A DNA stretch of 64,000 nucleotides, taken from a virus. Taxonomy: Duplodnaviria; Caudoviricetes. The stretch spans positions 3,283 to 67,282 of the IMG/VR virus record IMGVR_UViG_2907158113_000012; one strand, given 5' to 3'. The translations under genes were made by a program, and so were the position numbers. Below the pieces are notes generated by a model. That model was not told the origin of the DNA. It made no database searches and saw only the letters and a program-made list of their open reading frames with translations. The first letter of the stretch is position 1. The number at the start of each line of letters is the position of its first letter. This document shows positions 37,882 through 46,101 of the stretch, piece by piece.

Positions 37882-38856
37882 GTGGCGGGAAAAGCCAGCA
37901 AGTGGAGCAAGGAGAAGGTAGTAGCGGCGATCCTTGCGCGAAGAGACGCGGGTCTTGGTGTGACAAGTAGTGAGATACGCAAGGATGACACACCTCTTCG
38001 AGGAGCTATTGCGACACATTTTGGAGGCACAGACGCGGCACTGCTTGCTGCGGGAATCGATCCAATAAGCGTTAAGCCGCTAACTTACTGGAATAAGCAG
38101 ATGATCCGGACGGAGTTCTTACGAATTAGGGGCTCCGTTTCGTCTGTAAACGACCTGTCGCGGCAATATAGATCACTGGACCACGCGATAAGAAAGCATT
38201 ATGGGACTTATGATGCACTATGCGATGACCTTGGGATTGATGTTACTACTATCCGAAAGCAAGTACGTGAGTGGAGCGGCGATGATCTTCTTGCGGTGCT
38301 TAGGGAGATGCGTGACGAGGGGCAGCCACTCAATATAACAAATGTACACGCCAGGTTTCCATCTATTCATCCGGTCGCTGTTAGGTGTTTTGGAAGCTAC
38401 GAGAATGCTTTGGCGGAAATTGGTGAGAAGATACAAGACCATATATGCGAGATGAAGTTTGGGTCTTACCTCGGAAAGAAGTTCGAACGAAAGCTTAACG
38501 AAGCATTCGAAGCTTTGAATATGGGATACAAGTACCAGAAGAGGCTATGTGGCGGCAGTATAATGCCGGATTTTTGGGACGAGTCACAGAGGACATTCAT
38601 TGACGCGAAGCTATCTTCTTGGACGGTATTTTGTTCATCGTCTATAGAGAAGTATTTACCGCATTGTAACAAACTCATTGTGGTGTATTTGCGCGGAGAG
38701 GAAATCGCACATGAGATTCCTAACTTAGAACTTAGACACGTTAGCCATTACTACCCAGCATTAGTTGAGACCGGAAATGAGGAACTCGTCAGTCAGTTTG
38801 AGGATATTCTGCGGGAAGCTTCTACCGAGCCCACTACGGAGGTGCTCGCAGCATGA
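37882..38856 (+). CDS. Putative homing endonuclease: three helical repeats plus PD-(D/E)XK domain
   Basis: W(S/N)..repeats ending in G...AL...G; MPDFW..IDAK. Confidence 0.65.
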   Translation: MAGKASKWSKEKVVAAILARRDAGLGVTSSEIRKDDTPLRGAIATHFGGTDAALLAAGIDPISVKPLTYWNKQMIRTEFLRIRGSVSSVNDLSRQYRSLDHAIRKHYGTYDALCDDLGIDVTTIRKQVREWSGDDLLAVLREMRDEGQPLNITNVHARFPSIHPVAVRCFGSYENALAEIGEKIQDHICEMKFGSYLGKKFERKLNEAFEALNMGYKYQKRLCGGSIMPDFWDESQRTFIDAKLSSWTVFCSSSIEKYLPHCNKLIVVYLRGEEIAHEIPNLELRHVSHYYPALVETGNEELVSQFEDILREASTEPTTEVLAA

Positions 38857-39686
38857 TCACGCCGCCAACGTACGATTACGAAGTCACCGTCCTCGTCCGC
38901 GCATATAAATCCGCCATACTCGCAATCTCCTCGGAGCTCTCACGTTTAGACTTAACGGATTTATCCCGCGCTAATTCACGCGCCGCACTCGCCGAGGTTG
39001 CGGCTATTTTGCGTTCGCTTAACGCCGAGTCCGCCGAATGGGTCGCGAAGCATATTCCGCTGGCGGCTACGGACGGCGTGGCGCTCGCTATCGTTCAGCT
39101 CGGCGCGGCGGATACGCTAGAAGATGCGCAGAAGATCGTTAAGTTTAATCGGATTAATCGCGAATTTGTAGCGTCAGCCGTTGCGGATACTCAGGCGGAT
39201 TTACTTGCGGTAACAAATAACGTAAGCCGCCGCGTTAAGCAAGTCGTCCGCCAGGTAACCGCCGATTCAATGCGGGCGAACCTTACGCGTGGTATTAACG
39301 GTAATCGTACACTTAACGCCGACATTTTGCAGCGCATGAAAAGCACGCTAGGCAGCGCGGTTGATACCGGAATTATCGACGCGGCAGGACGGCGCTGGCG
39401 ACCGGAAACCTACGTTGAGATGCTAACGCGTACGAAGATGGGCGCGACACAGCGCGAATCTACGATAAATGAGGCGATTGGTCGCGGTGCTTATTACGGA
39501 GTGATTTCGAAGCATAACGCGGTCGATAAATGCCGCGAGTACGAAGGGATGATCGCTAAACTTACGCCGGATGCACCGGGGAATTACCGTTATATTGGCG
39601 ACTTACCGCGCAACGAAATTTTCCATCCTTGTTGTGCCCATGTTGTAACCGCGATACGAGATCCGAAACTACTGACCGCCGAATAG
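38853..39686 (+). CDS. Minor head (capsid morphogenesis) protein
   Basis: DAAGRRW..YVEM..RT, C..YEG, FHPCCAH. Confidence 0.8.
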   Translation: MITPPTYDYEVTVLVRAYKSAILAISSELSRLDLTDLSRANSRAALAEVAAILRSLNAESAEWVAKHIPLAATDGVALAIVQLGAADTLEDAQKIVKFNRINREFVASAVADTQADLLAVTNNVSRRVKQVVRQVTADSMRANLTRGINGNRTLNADILQRMKSTLGSAVDTGIIDAAGRRWRPETYVEMLTRTKMGATQRESTINEAIGRGAYYGVISKHNAVDKCREYEGMIAKLTPDAPGNYRYIGDLPRNEIFHPCCAHVVTAIRDPKLLTAE

Positions 39687-39696
39687 GGCGGTTTTT
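39675..39696 (+). terminator. Intrinsic terminator
   Basis: ACCGCC..GGCGGT plus T-run. Confidence 0.6.
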
Positions 39697-39789
39697 CCTT
39701 TGCCGCGATAGGCTGATCACCGAAAAGGCGTGACCTTGACGCTCTGCGCGGCTTTTACTCAAGGAATCGAGCCGAAGGGGTTTGGTAAT

Positions 39790-40572
39790 TTGGGGGATTT
39801 AATACGCAAGATACACAGTGTTAATGAGGACTTCTTTAAGGTGTGGAATAGAGAAAACGCTTGGGTGTTTGGGTGGTTAGTTACAGACGGCTCTGTTAAT
39901 GAGAAGAGTGGGCAGATTCGCCTAATGCTTAAATCGCATGATATTGACGTGCTCGAAAAGATAAAAAAAGCAATGCGATTTACTGGCCCTGTTTTCCAGG
40001 GAGAGCATGAAGATGGTAGACAGTTCGCTTATCTTCGGATTTGTCGCAAGAGTATGACTGAGGACTTATTCACACATGGAATGGCGAGGAACGATAAGAC
40101 GTTCAATACCTCCGTACCCAATCTTCCCGATTTTCTATTCTGGGACTTTACGCGGGGCGTGTTCGAAGGTGACGGAAATATAAAACACGGAAAACAGTGG
40201 AATGACCTTCAACTCTCGATATGTGGTGCGACAAAGAACTTCTTTGAGGAGATGCAGGAGGCGCTTCTAAAGAGAGGGATTAATACAACGCTTAAAGAGC
40301 ACCCCTCCGGTCAGTCAGGTCGTAAAAGCCCACTATTTACGTTAACTACCAAATCAAACGCCGACGCTTTACGTTGGTGTCTTTTTATGTACGCAGATAC
40401 TCCGAAATACTTACGCCTGGATCGTAAGTTCCAAGTATTCACGAATTACGTGCACGGATACTACGATCGAAACCGTAGATCGCGTCCCTGCATTGAAGCT
40501 ATCGAACTCATCCGTATATCAATTCCGGAATGCGCTGTAACTACGCAAACTCAGGAACTACTCGCAGCTTAA
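39790..40572 (+). CDS. Two-motif LAGLIDADG homing endonuclease, free-standing
   Basis: WVFGWLVTDG and FTRGVFEGDG motifs; L.RK end. Confidence 0.85.
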   Translation: MGDLIRKIHSVNEDFFKVWNRENAWVFGWLVTDGSVNEKSGQIRLMLKSHDIDVLEKIKKAMRFTGPVFQGEHEDGRQFAYLRICRKSMTEDLFTHGMARNDKTFNTSVPNLPDFLFWDFTRGVFEGDGNIKHGKQWNDLQLSICGATKNFFEEMQEALLKRGINTTLKEHPSGQSGRKSPLFTLTTKSNADALRWCLFMYADTPKYLRLDRKFQVFTNYVHGYYDRNRRSRPCIEAIELIRISIPECAVTTQTQELLAA

Positions 40573-40691
40573 TAGGAGCAATAAGGCTCCGCGTCCAGAC
40601 GTGAATTGACGCGATAAACTTTACGGTTACTGACGCAACCTGCGTCAGACACACGATAGCCGACGGGCTCAAAACGGACGGAGGACAAACG

Positions 40692-41360
40692 ATGGAAAAC
40701 GAAATTAAACGCTCACGATATCCGCTTAATCTTCAACTATTTGCAGAAGGCGACCCCGATCCGGACCCAACGCCGGATAAGACGTTTACGCAGGCGGAAC
40801 TCGACTTAATCGTAGCGGACAGACTCGCACGTGAACGTAAGAAAGCGGAGAAATTCGCAGATTACGACGAATTGAAAACGAAGTTGACTGCGCTAGAGCA
40901 GGCGGAAGCCGAACGTGCTAAATCGGACTTGACGGAGGCGGAGCGCTTAACTGCCGATCTCGAAGCCGCACGCATAAAAGCGCAGGAAGCGGAGGAACGC
41001 GGATCCGCCGCAATTACAACCGCTAATAAACGTTTGATTAATGCGGAGTTTAAGGCGTTGGCGCGCGAGATGAACGTACCGGCTGACCGTTTAGCGGCGG
41101 CATTGAAACTGGCGGACTTAGGCGCCGCATCCGTTGATGACGAAGGTAATCCGGTTGGCGTAAAAGAAGCGGTCGAGGCGCTTATAGCGGCGGAGCCATA
41201 CTTAGTTGCGGAGACAAAGCCGAAGCCTATCGGCGGTGGTGGCGGAGGTAATCCGGATGAGGACGAGAGGAAGACGCTTGAGGCGCAGCTCTCAGAAGCA
41301 CGAAAGGCGAAGGACTTCTCAAAGGTTATCGAAATCTCAAACAAACTAAACAAGAAGTAA
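40692..41360 (+). CDS. Capsid scaffolding protein
   Basis: LNLQLFAE (Prp-type cleavage motif), KTFTQAELD, coiled coil. Confidence 0.85.
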   Translation: MENEIKRSRYPLNLQLFAEGDPDPDPTPDKTFTQAELDLIVADRLARERKKAEKFADYDELKTKLTALEQAEAERAKSDLTEAERLTADLEAARIKAQEAEERGSAAITTANKRLINAEFKALAREMNVPADRLAAALKLADLGAASVDDEGNPVGVKEAVEALIAAEPYLVAETKPKPIGGGGGGNPDEDERKTLEAQLSEARKAKDFSKVIEISNKLNKK

Positions 41361-41363
41361 GCC

Positions 41364-41391
41364 AAGGCTACGGATAATTCCGAGCCTTTTT
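41364..41391 (+). terminator. Terminator-like hairpin between scaffold and capsid genes
   Basis: AAGGCT.CGG..CCGAGCCTT plus T-run. Confidence 0.55.
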
Positions 41392-41422
41392 ATTTTAACC
41401 AAACTCAAGGGGGAACTCATTA

Positions 41423-42541
41423 ATGTTAAAATCTTATGACTTTCAGGATCAGGTACGCCAGCTTGAAGCAGGTATTTCGCTTATTATCGACGATGCTCCA
41501 ACGTTGCTCGGTCTTATCGGAATCGGCACCACTCCGCTATACCAAACGAAATACGAATGGATGTCGGATAACCTGAACTCTAACCGTGCTACAGCGGCTG
41601 CAGCGGCGCTAGTCGGCGCAACCTCGATTACGGTAGCGGAAGGCGATGGACTGAAATTCCGCGTCAACGCAATCGTAGTTATCGGCGAAGAGTATCTCCG
41701 TGTAACAGCCGTAGTGGGTGATGTAATCACGGTAGTACGTGGGTATGACGGAACAACCGCAGCAGCGGTAGCTAATGGCGCAGAAATCCGCATCGTTTCC
41801 CGTCCGCAACTTGAAGGGGCGCTACCAGGCGTTGACGAAGGACATGACCGTCTGGTTGATTTCAACTACGCGCAGATTATCGAGCGATATGCTGCCGTTT
41901 CTGGTACGCAGCAAAATGTCCGCACTTATAACGTTACCAACGAGCTCAACTACCAGGTGCAGCTTCGCTTGAAAGAGATCGCGCGTGAACAAAATGACTG
42001 GTTGATTTACGGCCGTCGTATTGACGCAGGCGCGGGAACTCCGCGTACAACTGGCGGTCTGCTTTACTTTGCTGACAAGAAAGGCTCAGCTAAACAGAAC
42101 GCAGAAGGTAGCGAAATCACACCGAAGATGCTGAATGACCTTGCGGAAAAAGTATATCAACGCGGCGGCTCCGTAAATACGATTCTGACCAACACCGCAG
42201 GTGCTCGTCAGATTACGAAGTTCGCTTCTGACACTATCCGCACTGAACGTACTGACACCGCAACTGGACACAAGATTCAAACGTTCGTGTCCGATATCGT
42301 AGGCGGTTCCGTAGCTACTGTAGTAGTCGATCCAAACTTCCCGAAAAATAAGATCGCGTTGTTCGACCGAGATATCTTGTCGATTAATCCGTTGAGTGGT
42401 CGTGGTCTTTTTGACATGGATGCAACCGTTCCGGGAGCTGACTTTGTAGCACGCCAGATTCGTGGAGAGTACGGCGTAACGGTGAAAAATGCGGCTGAAA
42501 AAATCGCAATCCTTGAGAATATCTCTACGTCAGTATCTTAA
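41423..42541 (+). CDS. Major capsid protein
   Basis: Position after scaffold; KYEW..D, NYAQI, TGGL, GEYG..VKN. Confidence 0.85.
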   Translation: MLKSYDFQDQVRQLEAGISLIIDDAPTLLGLIGIGTTPLYQTKYEWMSDNLNSNRATAAAAALVGATSITVAEGDGLKFRVNAIVVIGEEYLRVTAVVGDVITVVRGYDGTTAAAVANGAEIRIVSRPQLEGALPGVDEGHDRLVDFNYAQIIERYAAVSGTQQNVRTYNVTNELNYQVQLRLKEIAREQNDWLIYGRRIDAGAGTPRTTGGLLYFADKKGSAKQNAEGSEITPKMLNDLAEKVYQRGGSVNTILTNTAGARQITKFASDTIRTERTDTATGHKIQTFVSDIVGGSVATVVVDPNFPKNKIALFDRDILSINPLSGRGLFDMDATVPGADFVARQIRGEYGVTVKNAAEKIAILENISTSVS

Positions 42542-42548
42542 TAACGCG

Positions 42549-42567
42549 GGGAGCTTCGGCTCCCTTT
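42549..42567 (+). terminator. UUCG hairpin terminator
   Basis: GGGAGC-TTCG-GCTCCC-TTT. Confidence 0.7.
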
Positions 42568-42590
42568 AATCTTACGGAGGTGAACGAATA

Positions 42591-42977
42591 GTGGCAATAT
42601 CAGACCGCGACAAAGAGCGCCTAAACCTCGTTAGCCCCGCAGCTAATGATTTAGGGCTTGGCGATATCATCCAAGATTTGCAGGAAGGTGCGGGAGGCGG
42701 CGGTGCTAGTACCGTAACGGCTGCGAATATCACAGATGCAACTACAGTCGGACGTAACGTTATCAAAGCAGTAGATGCAGCAGCCGCTCGTACAGCAATT
42801 GGCGCAGGAACGTCCTCACTAGCACTCGGTACCACCGCAGCAACAGCGGCCGCCGGAAACCACGTACACGCGGCGAACACGATAACCGCGACGGCGATCG
42901 GACCAGGAACCGCGACCAATGTACAGGGAATTCTCGCGGAATTGGCTGCGCGAGTTGTGGCGTTGGAGGCGAAGTAA
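42591..42977 (+). CDS. Head fibre/decoration-like protein
   Basis: ITDATTVGR..AARTAIGAG..AAAGNH fibre-like motif. Confidence 0.55.
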   Translation: MAISDRDKERLNLVSPAANDLGLGDIIQDLQEGAGGGGASTVTAANITDATTVGRNVIKAVDAAAARTAIGAGTSSLALGTTAATAAAGNHVHAANTITATAIGPGTATNVQGILAELAARVVALEAK

Positions 42978-43180
42978 TGGCTAAGTACAGCGCAAGCCCA
43001 TTATACTCCGTTGCTAGCGGAATTGAATTTAGCGCGGACGGCACATATGAAACGGAAGTCGCGGAGGAGATAGCGTTGTTAGACTCGCTGGCCCCAACGT
43101 GGATAAAACGAGAAGATCCGGAGGAACCCGTTAAGCCAGCGCCTAAACCGCGAAAGGCTGCGAATACCTCCGCAAAATAA
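42977..43180 (+). CDS. Small virion-module protein
   Basis: RBS GGAGG, TAATG coupling. Confidence 0.6.
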   Translation: MAKYSASPLYSVASGIEFSADGTYETEVAEEIALLDSLAPTWIKREDPEEPVKPAPKPRKAANTSAK

Positions 43181-43194
43181 CGGGAGGTGTTTAC

Positions 43195-43584
43195 GTGGCT
43201 CTAACGGTAGAAGACGCAACGGCGTATATAAACGTGAATTGTATTAGCATTGACGACTGGACGGACGCAGACGACGCCAAAAAACTACGGATAGTTAACG
43301 TGGCAGGACGGACGCTGACGAACAAATACGCTCAATATACGATACCGGACGCGGCTGTATACGAATATGCGAACGAACTCGCGATCGCGTTTAACGATAC
43401 GAACGCGTTGCAGCAACAAGGCGTAGCGAGCTTCGGATTAACGGGCGTCGCTAATTTTACGTTTAAGGATTGGGCGAAAACGGGCCTTGACGCATGGATA
43501 CCGGACATCGCGCTCGAACTTATTAGCGCGGAGAATGGCGGAGTTAAACTCGGACGTAAGACCGCGAAGTGGGTGACGATGTAA
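43195..43584 (+). CDS. Head-tail adaptor
   Basis: Synteny; VEDATAYI..W..A..KLR. Confidence 0.6.
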   Translation: MALTVEDATAYINVNCISIDDWTDADDAKKLRIVNVAGRTLTNKYAQYTIPDAAVYEYANELAIAFNDTNALQQQGVASFGLTGVANFTFKDWAKTGLDAWIPDIALELISAENGGVKLGRKTAKWVTM

Positions 43585-43904
43585 TGGCGCTCATACCGCT
43601 GAGGCAAACGGTCACAATTACACCGGTTACCGGATATGATCCGGATTATAACGAGCCGGAATACGGTACTCCTTACACGCAGAAATGCCGCTTTAGTGAG
43701 GCGGTAAAACTCGTACGCAATCAACATGGCGCGGAAGTCGTAAGCGTCGGCACGTTTTATTTCGATAAGCTGGCGGACATATCGCTTGACGACCGCCTCA
43801 CGTACACCAACGAACTATTAGCGGAGACAACGTACACGCCAATCGCAATCAGCGTAAAACGGGCGCTCAACGGTAATCCGCTAATAACGGAGGTGGATGT
43901 ATAG
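43584..43904 (+). CDS. Head closure protein
   Basis: Synteny; beta-rich, VRNQHGAEVVS. Confidence 0.6.
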   Translation: MALIPLRQTVTITPVTGYDPDYNEPEYGTPYTQKCRFSEAVKLVRNQHGAEVVSVGTFYFDKLADISLDDRLTYTNELLAETTYTPIAISVKRALNGNPLITEVDV

Positions 43905-44284
43905 TGGCGCTATTAACAGTCGCAGATATTAACGCAACCATCCGCTTAATCGTTCCGGGGTTTACCGTAGTCGGCAACGATTTTACAACGGCTAATCCGG
44001 ATGATTGCGCATATACGCGGATAACAGGCGGACCGCCTCCGAAAGAGTGGTCGTCCGTTGCATATCCGTCATTTCAAGTCGTGATTCGCGCGAAGTCATC
44101 CGCAACGGCTGAAACGAAGGCTAACGCTATATTCGAAGCGCTACACGGTAAGGCGGAATTTATGATCGGGACTACGCGCGCCGTTAAGTGCCTGGCGGAT
44201 CAGTCGGCGCCGTGGTATCTCGGTCCTGACGCGAATAACCGAGCGCTATATTCCGTTAATTTTACGTTAACAACATCGCTATAA
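43904..44284 (+). CDS. Tail terminator/completion protein
   Basis: PSFQVVIR..LG.D.NNR..YSVNF. Confidence 0.7.
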   Translation: MALLTVADINATIRLIVPGFTVVGNDFTTANPDDCAYTRITGGPPPKEWSSVAYPSFQVVIRAKSSATAETKANAIFEALHGKAEFMIGTTRAVKCLADQSAPWYLGPDANNRALYSVNFTLTTSL

Positions 44285-44288
44285 ACGC

Positions 44289-44318
44289 AGGGCTGTCCGT
44301 TACTGGGCGGCTCTTTTT
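44289..44318 (+). terminator. Intrinsic terminator
   Basis: GGGCTGTCC..GGGCGGCTC plus T5. Confidence 0.55.
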
Positions 44319-44365
44319 GTTGTGCTACGCAGTACACAAATATAAACATAAGGGGACCTGTGAGA

Positions 44366-44896
44366 ATGTCACAAAACTTTAGCAAGATCGAGGTAGGCCC
44401 GGCGATAGTCGAATACGGCACAGGACTAACGGCGGTCAAATTCGAAACGACCATCGGCGGCGTCGTTTTCAATACGGAGACTACTTATCGCGAACAGAAG
44501 ACGGACCAAACCGGAGAAACCATCGTCGGCAAGCGTGTAACAGGGCGTAATGTCAGCGTAACGGTACCGTTCGGTGAGTACGATCTGCCGACTATTCCGA
44601 AGATCATGGCAGGCGCGGAAGTCGTAACAGGCGCAGGTGGTTCGAAGGTTGTTGTTAAGACTGGCGTAGGCCTTAACTTGATTGACACCGCAAAGCAAGC
44701 CGTCATTAAGCCATTGGCGAAACTGACTGATCCGGACTTTTGGATTACGATTCCGCTGGCGTACAGCGAGACGGATTTATCTTATTCGTTCAACAACGAA
44801 AATGAGCGCATCACAAACGTAACACTCCGGTCAACTCCGGATGAAGACGGAGTTATTGCGATTCTCGGTGACGAAACAATCACTGCAACACCGTAA
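44366..44896 (+). CDS. Major tail tube protein
   Basis: IEVGPA.V..G, TIGGV, DQTGET; synteny. Confidence 0.75.
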   Translation: MSQNFSKIEVGPAIVEYGTGLTAVKFETTIGGVVFNTETTYREQKTDQTGETIVGKRVTGRNVSVTVPFGEYDLPTIPKIMAGAEVVTGAGGSKVVVKTGVGLNLIDTAKQAVIKPLAKLTDPDFWITIPLAYSETDLSYSFNNENERITNVTLRSTPDEDGVIAILGDETITATP

Positions 44897-44955
44897 ATAT
44901 CACGTTGAAAGGGGCGCTTAATTGCGCCTCTATTTCTTTATAAGGAGCGAATATA

Positions 44956-45390
44956 ATGCAGATTTTTAAGCGTTCAGATAAAGCGGAAGTACCCGCGCCA
45001 AATATCGTAATTGACCCCAACGTAATCCAGCTCGGAGACAGAACGGTAAAGGTGCGGAAGGTAGCGGTCGGACAATGGCGCGAACTATTTGCCGCTGTTA
45101 ATATGCTACCGGAATTGATTATGGGCGTTATGTCAGCGCCAGCCGAGAACCGCGTAGCTTACTTATTCGCGTTCATCGAGCACGCGCTAAATGACGTCGT
45201 TCAAGTGGTCAGCGTATTGACCGGATTCGAACCGGAGTGGATCGAGGCAAACGTAGCGCCGGACGAATTGATGGAGTATTTTACCGCCGTTGCGCGCGTT
45301 AACAACTTCGGCGGCCTCTTAAAAAACGTGCAAGGCGCTCTGCAACTCGCGAACCTGCAGACGGGAGTAGCGGAAGCGAGCGCCGAGTAA
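44956..45390 (+). CDS. Tail assembly chaperone (G)
   Basis: Between tube and TMP; slippery A AAA AAC at 45321..45327. Confidence 0.75.
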   Translation: MQIFKRSDKAEVPAPNIVIDPNVIQLGDRTVKVRKVAVGQWRELFAAVNMLPELIMGVMSAPAENRVAYLFAFIEHALNDVVQVVSVLTGFEPEWIEANVAPDELMEYFTAVARVNNFGGLLKNVQGALQLANLQTGVAEASAE

Positions 45391-45692
45391 CGATAGACGA
45401 ATTTTTTATTGACGCAGCCGTACGCCTCGGTAAAACGCAGGTCGAGTTCGAACGCGGATATTACGTTATGGATTTACTCGACGTGTTGGATGCGGACAAG
45501 CGACGTAAGGCTGGCGAAACACTCGACGCGCTAAATGTTAATGTCATGTCGCATACGACTAACGTGGAGGACTACCGCAAGTTTACGACGGGGCTGCAAC
45601 GTGAAGCCGGATTCGCAACGCAGAGCAAGCCGAAGTTTGACGAAGCCGGATTTAAACTATTACGCGATCAGATGAGCGCGGGGAGGGTGTGA
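45321..45692 (+). CDS. Tail chaperone -1 frameshift extension (T)
   Basis: -1 frame is open from the slippery heptamer through ORF 45468..45692. Confidence 0.7.
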   Translation, partial: KKRARRSATREPADGSSGSERRVTIDEFFIDAAVRLGKTQVEFERGYYVMDLLDVLDADKRRKAGETLDALNVNVMSHTTNVEDYRKFTTGLQREAGFATQSKPKFDEAGFKLLRDQMSAGRV

Positions 45693-45699
45693 CGGACGT

Positions 45700-46101
45700 A
45701 TGGATTTTCGTATGGAAACGGCGGCGCTACGTCAGTTTTTAGAGCGCCAGAAAACGCGAGTACTCGACGGGGCAACCCTCGGATTACATGACGCTACCGA
45801 CCACCTACTCGCGGCATCACGTAATGAGGCTCCGTTAAAGTCGGGTACGTTGCGGATGACGGCAGGCAAGGAGGTCGTAAATAGGGACGGACGGATATAC
45901 GGTGAGGTATTTTATTCCGCAACGGAAACGGGTTCCTCTGGTGCGCGCTTTAATTATGCGCTACGTGTACACGAGATGGGCGAGTATAAGAATCCGACAA
46001 CGCCTGGCACTCGTCCGAAGTTCTTATCGCGACCACTCCGAACGAATGAACGGATATATAAACAGTTTATCGCGGATGCAGTAAGGAGGGCGCTAAGATG
46101 A
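45700..46101 (+). CDS. HK97 gp10-like tail-completion protein
   Basis: APLKSGTLR, NYALRVHE, PKFLSRP. Confidence 0.75.
   Translation: MDFRMETAALRQFLERQKTRVLDGATLGLHDATDHLLAASRNEAPLKSGTLRMTAGKEVVNRDGRIYGEVFYSATETGSSGARFNYALRVHEMGEYKNPTTPGTRPKFLSRPLRTNERIYKQFIADAVRRALR

Noticed and set aside
39686-40690. Group I intron hosting the LAGLIDADG ORF
   Set aside because: Flanking genes look complete and I found no P7/R-S core sequences
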